A stretch of 64,000 nt of DNA from the NCBI RefSeq assembly GCF_009834535.1, contig NC_045698.1:5520001-5584000 (forward strand). The letters run 5' to 3'. The notes under the pieces are model-generated. The model was not told the DNA's origin. It saw only the letters and a program-made list of their open reading frames with translations, and did no database searches. The stretch is from Camelus ferus (taxonomy: Eukaryota). The translations under genes were made by a program, and so were the position numbers. Shown here in pieces: positions 61,135 through 64,000 of this stretch (position 1 is its first letter; the number at the start of each line of letters is the position of its first letter).

Positions 61135-61560
61135 CCAAGGCTGGAAGCTGCCTGGTGGGTTCTAGAGCAAATGAGACCAGTGCCCTGCGGAGTTGAGAGG
61201 AGACAAAGGCTGAGTGGCGAAGTCGGGTCAAATCGGCACAGATTGGGGCGGGACAGAGGATACTGGTTTCACTCTGAGTGAGAGGGAAGCCCCTGGAGGA
61301 GTGACCGGGTCTGACTTGGGTTTTAAAGTAGTCCTTCCAGTCTGTACACAAAAGACCACAGGGGGTCTGGGAGAGAGCACGGAGACCAGCCAGGGGGCTG
61401 CCACAATTTGCTTCCACGCTAGACATCCTAGTGCAATCATGCTTGGACCACGAGCCTGCAGTGGATGTGGTGAGAACCGGTCAAATTCCGGGTGTATACT
61501 TGCAGTAGAAATGGGTGTGGGAAGTGTGAGAAAAAAGGAGTAAAGAATGAAGTTCAAATG
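61135..61560 (-). mobile_element. L2 fragment
   Basis: actctgagtgagagggaagcc.ctggagg...tctgacttgggttttaaa...ggagaccag...gcagtggatgtggtgagaa. Confidence 0.7.
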
Positions 61561-61632
61561 AGATGGAGAAGGCAGCAGAGGGATCGGTGTGAGCCCAACG
61601 GGTGCCCTGAAGACGACGTGACAAACGCAAAC

Positions 61633-62104
61633 TGTGTCAGTTTCCCGTTGCTGCTAAACAAATTATCGCAGACTGAGTGGCTGTGAACCATTCAATTTAC
61701 ATTACTGTTCTGGAGGCCGCAAGTCCAGAATCAGTTTCACGGGGCTGCAGTCAAGGTGTCAGCAGGACTGGGTTTCTTTCTGGAGGCCCCAGGGGAGAAT
61801 CCATTCTTTGCCTTTTCCAGCAGCTTCTGGAGGCTGCCAGCATCCCTTGGCTTGTGGCCTCTTCCTGCATCCTCAAAGTGCATCGCTCCAGTCTCTGCTT
61901 TTGTTATCATGTCTCCTCCGATTCTGCCTCCCTTGTGATGACACTGGGCTCACCCAGAAAATCCACGATCATTCTCTCCACATCAAGATCCTCATCTTAA
62001 TCACATCTCAAAAGTCCTTTTCACCGTGTGAGGTTACCTATTGACAGGTTTCGGATACCAGGATGTAGACACCTTGTGGGGGGCATTATTCTGCCTGGCA
62101 CACA
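61633..62104 (-). mobile_element. MLT1C/D-like LTR, near full length
   Basis: tgtgtcagtttcc...gttctggaggcc...ggggagaatcc...ccttttccag...gggggcattattctgcctggcaca. Confidence 0.85.
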
Positions 62105-62949
62105 CATAAAATCCTTAGAACAGTACCTGACATGTGCTAAATACTCACGTATCACATGTTGTTACTTCCTCCTTTTTATTAAAATGCAAAGGTTTCTGTT
62201 CTCTTCAACAGAGCCAGCAAGATTTCGGCAAGCCTGCCAGGGGAGTGATTTCACATTCTCTGTTTTTCTGTGACATACTTGTCTGTTCTTCCTGTAACTT
62301 AGTATCACATACTTTAGGTTAATATTTAAATATGTAATCTCAACATCATACATCTGACTCTGTTGCTTTCAAGATTTATATTAAGCTATAAATACCGCCT
62401 CTACAAAACCACAGTATTCCAAAAACCTGTTAAAACATTTATGCCATTATATCTAATCATGTAGTTTTTACTTTTCCCCAGTGGTGAGAAGTGTTTTTGG
62501 ATGTCTGAACTGAAATGCATTTAAATCAAGAAGTCAATTATAAATGTTTGATAAAAACAATATGTGGCTGAAACAGTTGCTTGTCCATTTCAACTTGTAA
62601 GCCTTTTTAAGACATAGTAGCCACAATCCAGACTTTGACTGCATTTAGCTAAACCAGAACTTCTCAGTGTGGTTTTTACAAATCATTGTTTTCTTGGTTT
62701 TACAGCCTTTTTTTTTTTTGCCAACAAATGCATGCTATATGAATTATAATTTTAACTGAAGAATGAATTTTCCCATAATTATCTTCTCTTGCAACATTTG
62801 GGATAAATTTAGTTGCTCTGTGATAAATGTTGAATCTTCAAAATGGGCCATTTTGTTTTCCATTTCCTAAGGTTTGTAAATTTATTAAATGACTATTTCT
62901 TTTGGTCCTTTCCGACAATAAAGATAAATCTCTGCAATAAAGACACACA

Positions 62950-63560
62950 TGTGTGCTGGCCAATACATTTTGGCAAAGGATGAGTTGTGGCAGCATTTTA
63001 CCAGGTGGATGAAGTCAGAGGCTGCTCCCTCATGGACCTCCTTCACTCCTACTCACCTGGCTGATGGGTCAACATCTCGATGGCCTGACTGTCCTTCACC
63101 TGGCCACTCTTCAGGATTGCTGTGTTTCCTTGGCTTGTGAGTCTGAAAAATGATATAACACAGCAAAGAATGCCATGTGGTCCTTGCTGCAACCACTCTC
63201 CCTCTGATTTGGTGGAGCCAGGAACAGGCTTGCTTCCTGTGTTCAGTAGAAGTGACAGATTCTCTAAGCTCAGCGTTCTTCTTCCTGGTTATGCACCGTC
63301 GTTCTCCCCCTGGACTTTGGCATCATCCCGTGGGACCTGGGCTTCAAGGAGCCAGCAGGGCTGTGATCATATTCCTGCCACTGCTTTTACTGTGAGTGGT
63401 AAAGTTCTTTGTCTCTGAACTCGGAATTTTGTGTCTTCTGTAGGCGCCCGCAGAATGTGGTGGACTAATTTATTAATGTGTCTTCATTTGGGTGGGAGTT
63501 CTCCTCCACACTGCCAGACTGTCAAGGTAGGCTAAGGTCCTCACAGAGGACTTGTCCTGA
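62950..63560 (+). mobile_element. MER73/MER74-like ERVL LTR
   Basis: agattctctaagctcagcgttc...gtgggacctggg...tgtgagtggtaaagttctttgtctctgaac.c.gaa...gtgtcttctg. Confidence 0.6.
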
Positions 63561-64000
63561 CAGGCTGCTCATCAAAACCTTCCCCTGCAATGGGTCGCTT
63601 GTCAAGGCGGCTTGGGCTGCAGGTGCTGGTCATCACCCAGGTGGTTCAGATTCATCTAGTGGCTGGAAGTGGCTTAAGAGGAGAAGTACGAAGCCCCTAA
63701 CAGGACTACAAAGAAACCCCCTTACTCAGTCTCTTGTCACTTAAAAAAAAAAAAAATGGGGGGCTTGGCCCTAAGCATAGGCTTTGTGATTAAGAGGGTC
63801 AATAACCTCCCCATGCCCGCTTCCATGTCACAGCCACATGGCGCTGCTAACCAGGTGCCTGCCTGACAGCGGGCCGGTGGCTTCTTGCTCTGCCAGGGCC
63901 ACGTGGCTGGCAAGGGGCAGGGCTGGAACTGGCCGAACTCTCAGCCACGAGGCCAACAGCCTCTCTCATCACAGTGAGGTGGTGAATGATGCATAAAAAC

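Noticed and set aside
1..64000. Prokaryotic-style novel system (CRISPR array, operon, defence island) or intact provirus
   Set aside because: The sequence is mammalian. There is no repeat-spacer array, no long ORF, and no gag/pol/env between LTRs; the LTRs are solo and non-identical.

Overview
Mammalian, repeat-rich, apparently non-coding DNA, most likely from a camelid (alpaca, llama or camel). This rests on five short tRNA-headed SINEs resembling camelid Vic-1 and on several lineage-specific L1 3' ends. I find no credible host protein-coding exon chain, RNA gene, CRISPR array or prokaryotic system. The supplied ORFs are chance ORFs, microsatellite translations or L1 ORF2 remnants. The window holds layered transposon history: a hAT-Tip100 (Zaphod-like) transposase end, MER94, MIR/L2, old L1M elements, MaLR/ERVL/ERV1 solo LTRs, and young L1 and SINE copies with target-site duplications (TSDs). 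Between them are repeat-poor, CpG- or homeodomain-motif-rich blocks that look like enhancers, and two strong CTCF-like motifs. The most notable observations are: a twin-primed L1 with target-site deletion; two more TSD-less L1 insertions; a tail-less internal L1 fragment; a mosaic LTR sharing modules with two other LTRs in the window; multi-level nested insertions; a strong minus-strand bias of L1s/LTRs suggesting a + strand host transcript; and a speculative + strand spliced lncRNA or micropeptide at 0.8-3.5 kb. I cannot support a genuinely new biological system from this sequence. Repeat family names come from remembered consensus sequences and need Dfam/RepeatMasker confirmation. Boundaries of old repeats are approximate.
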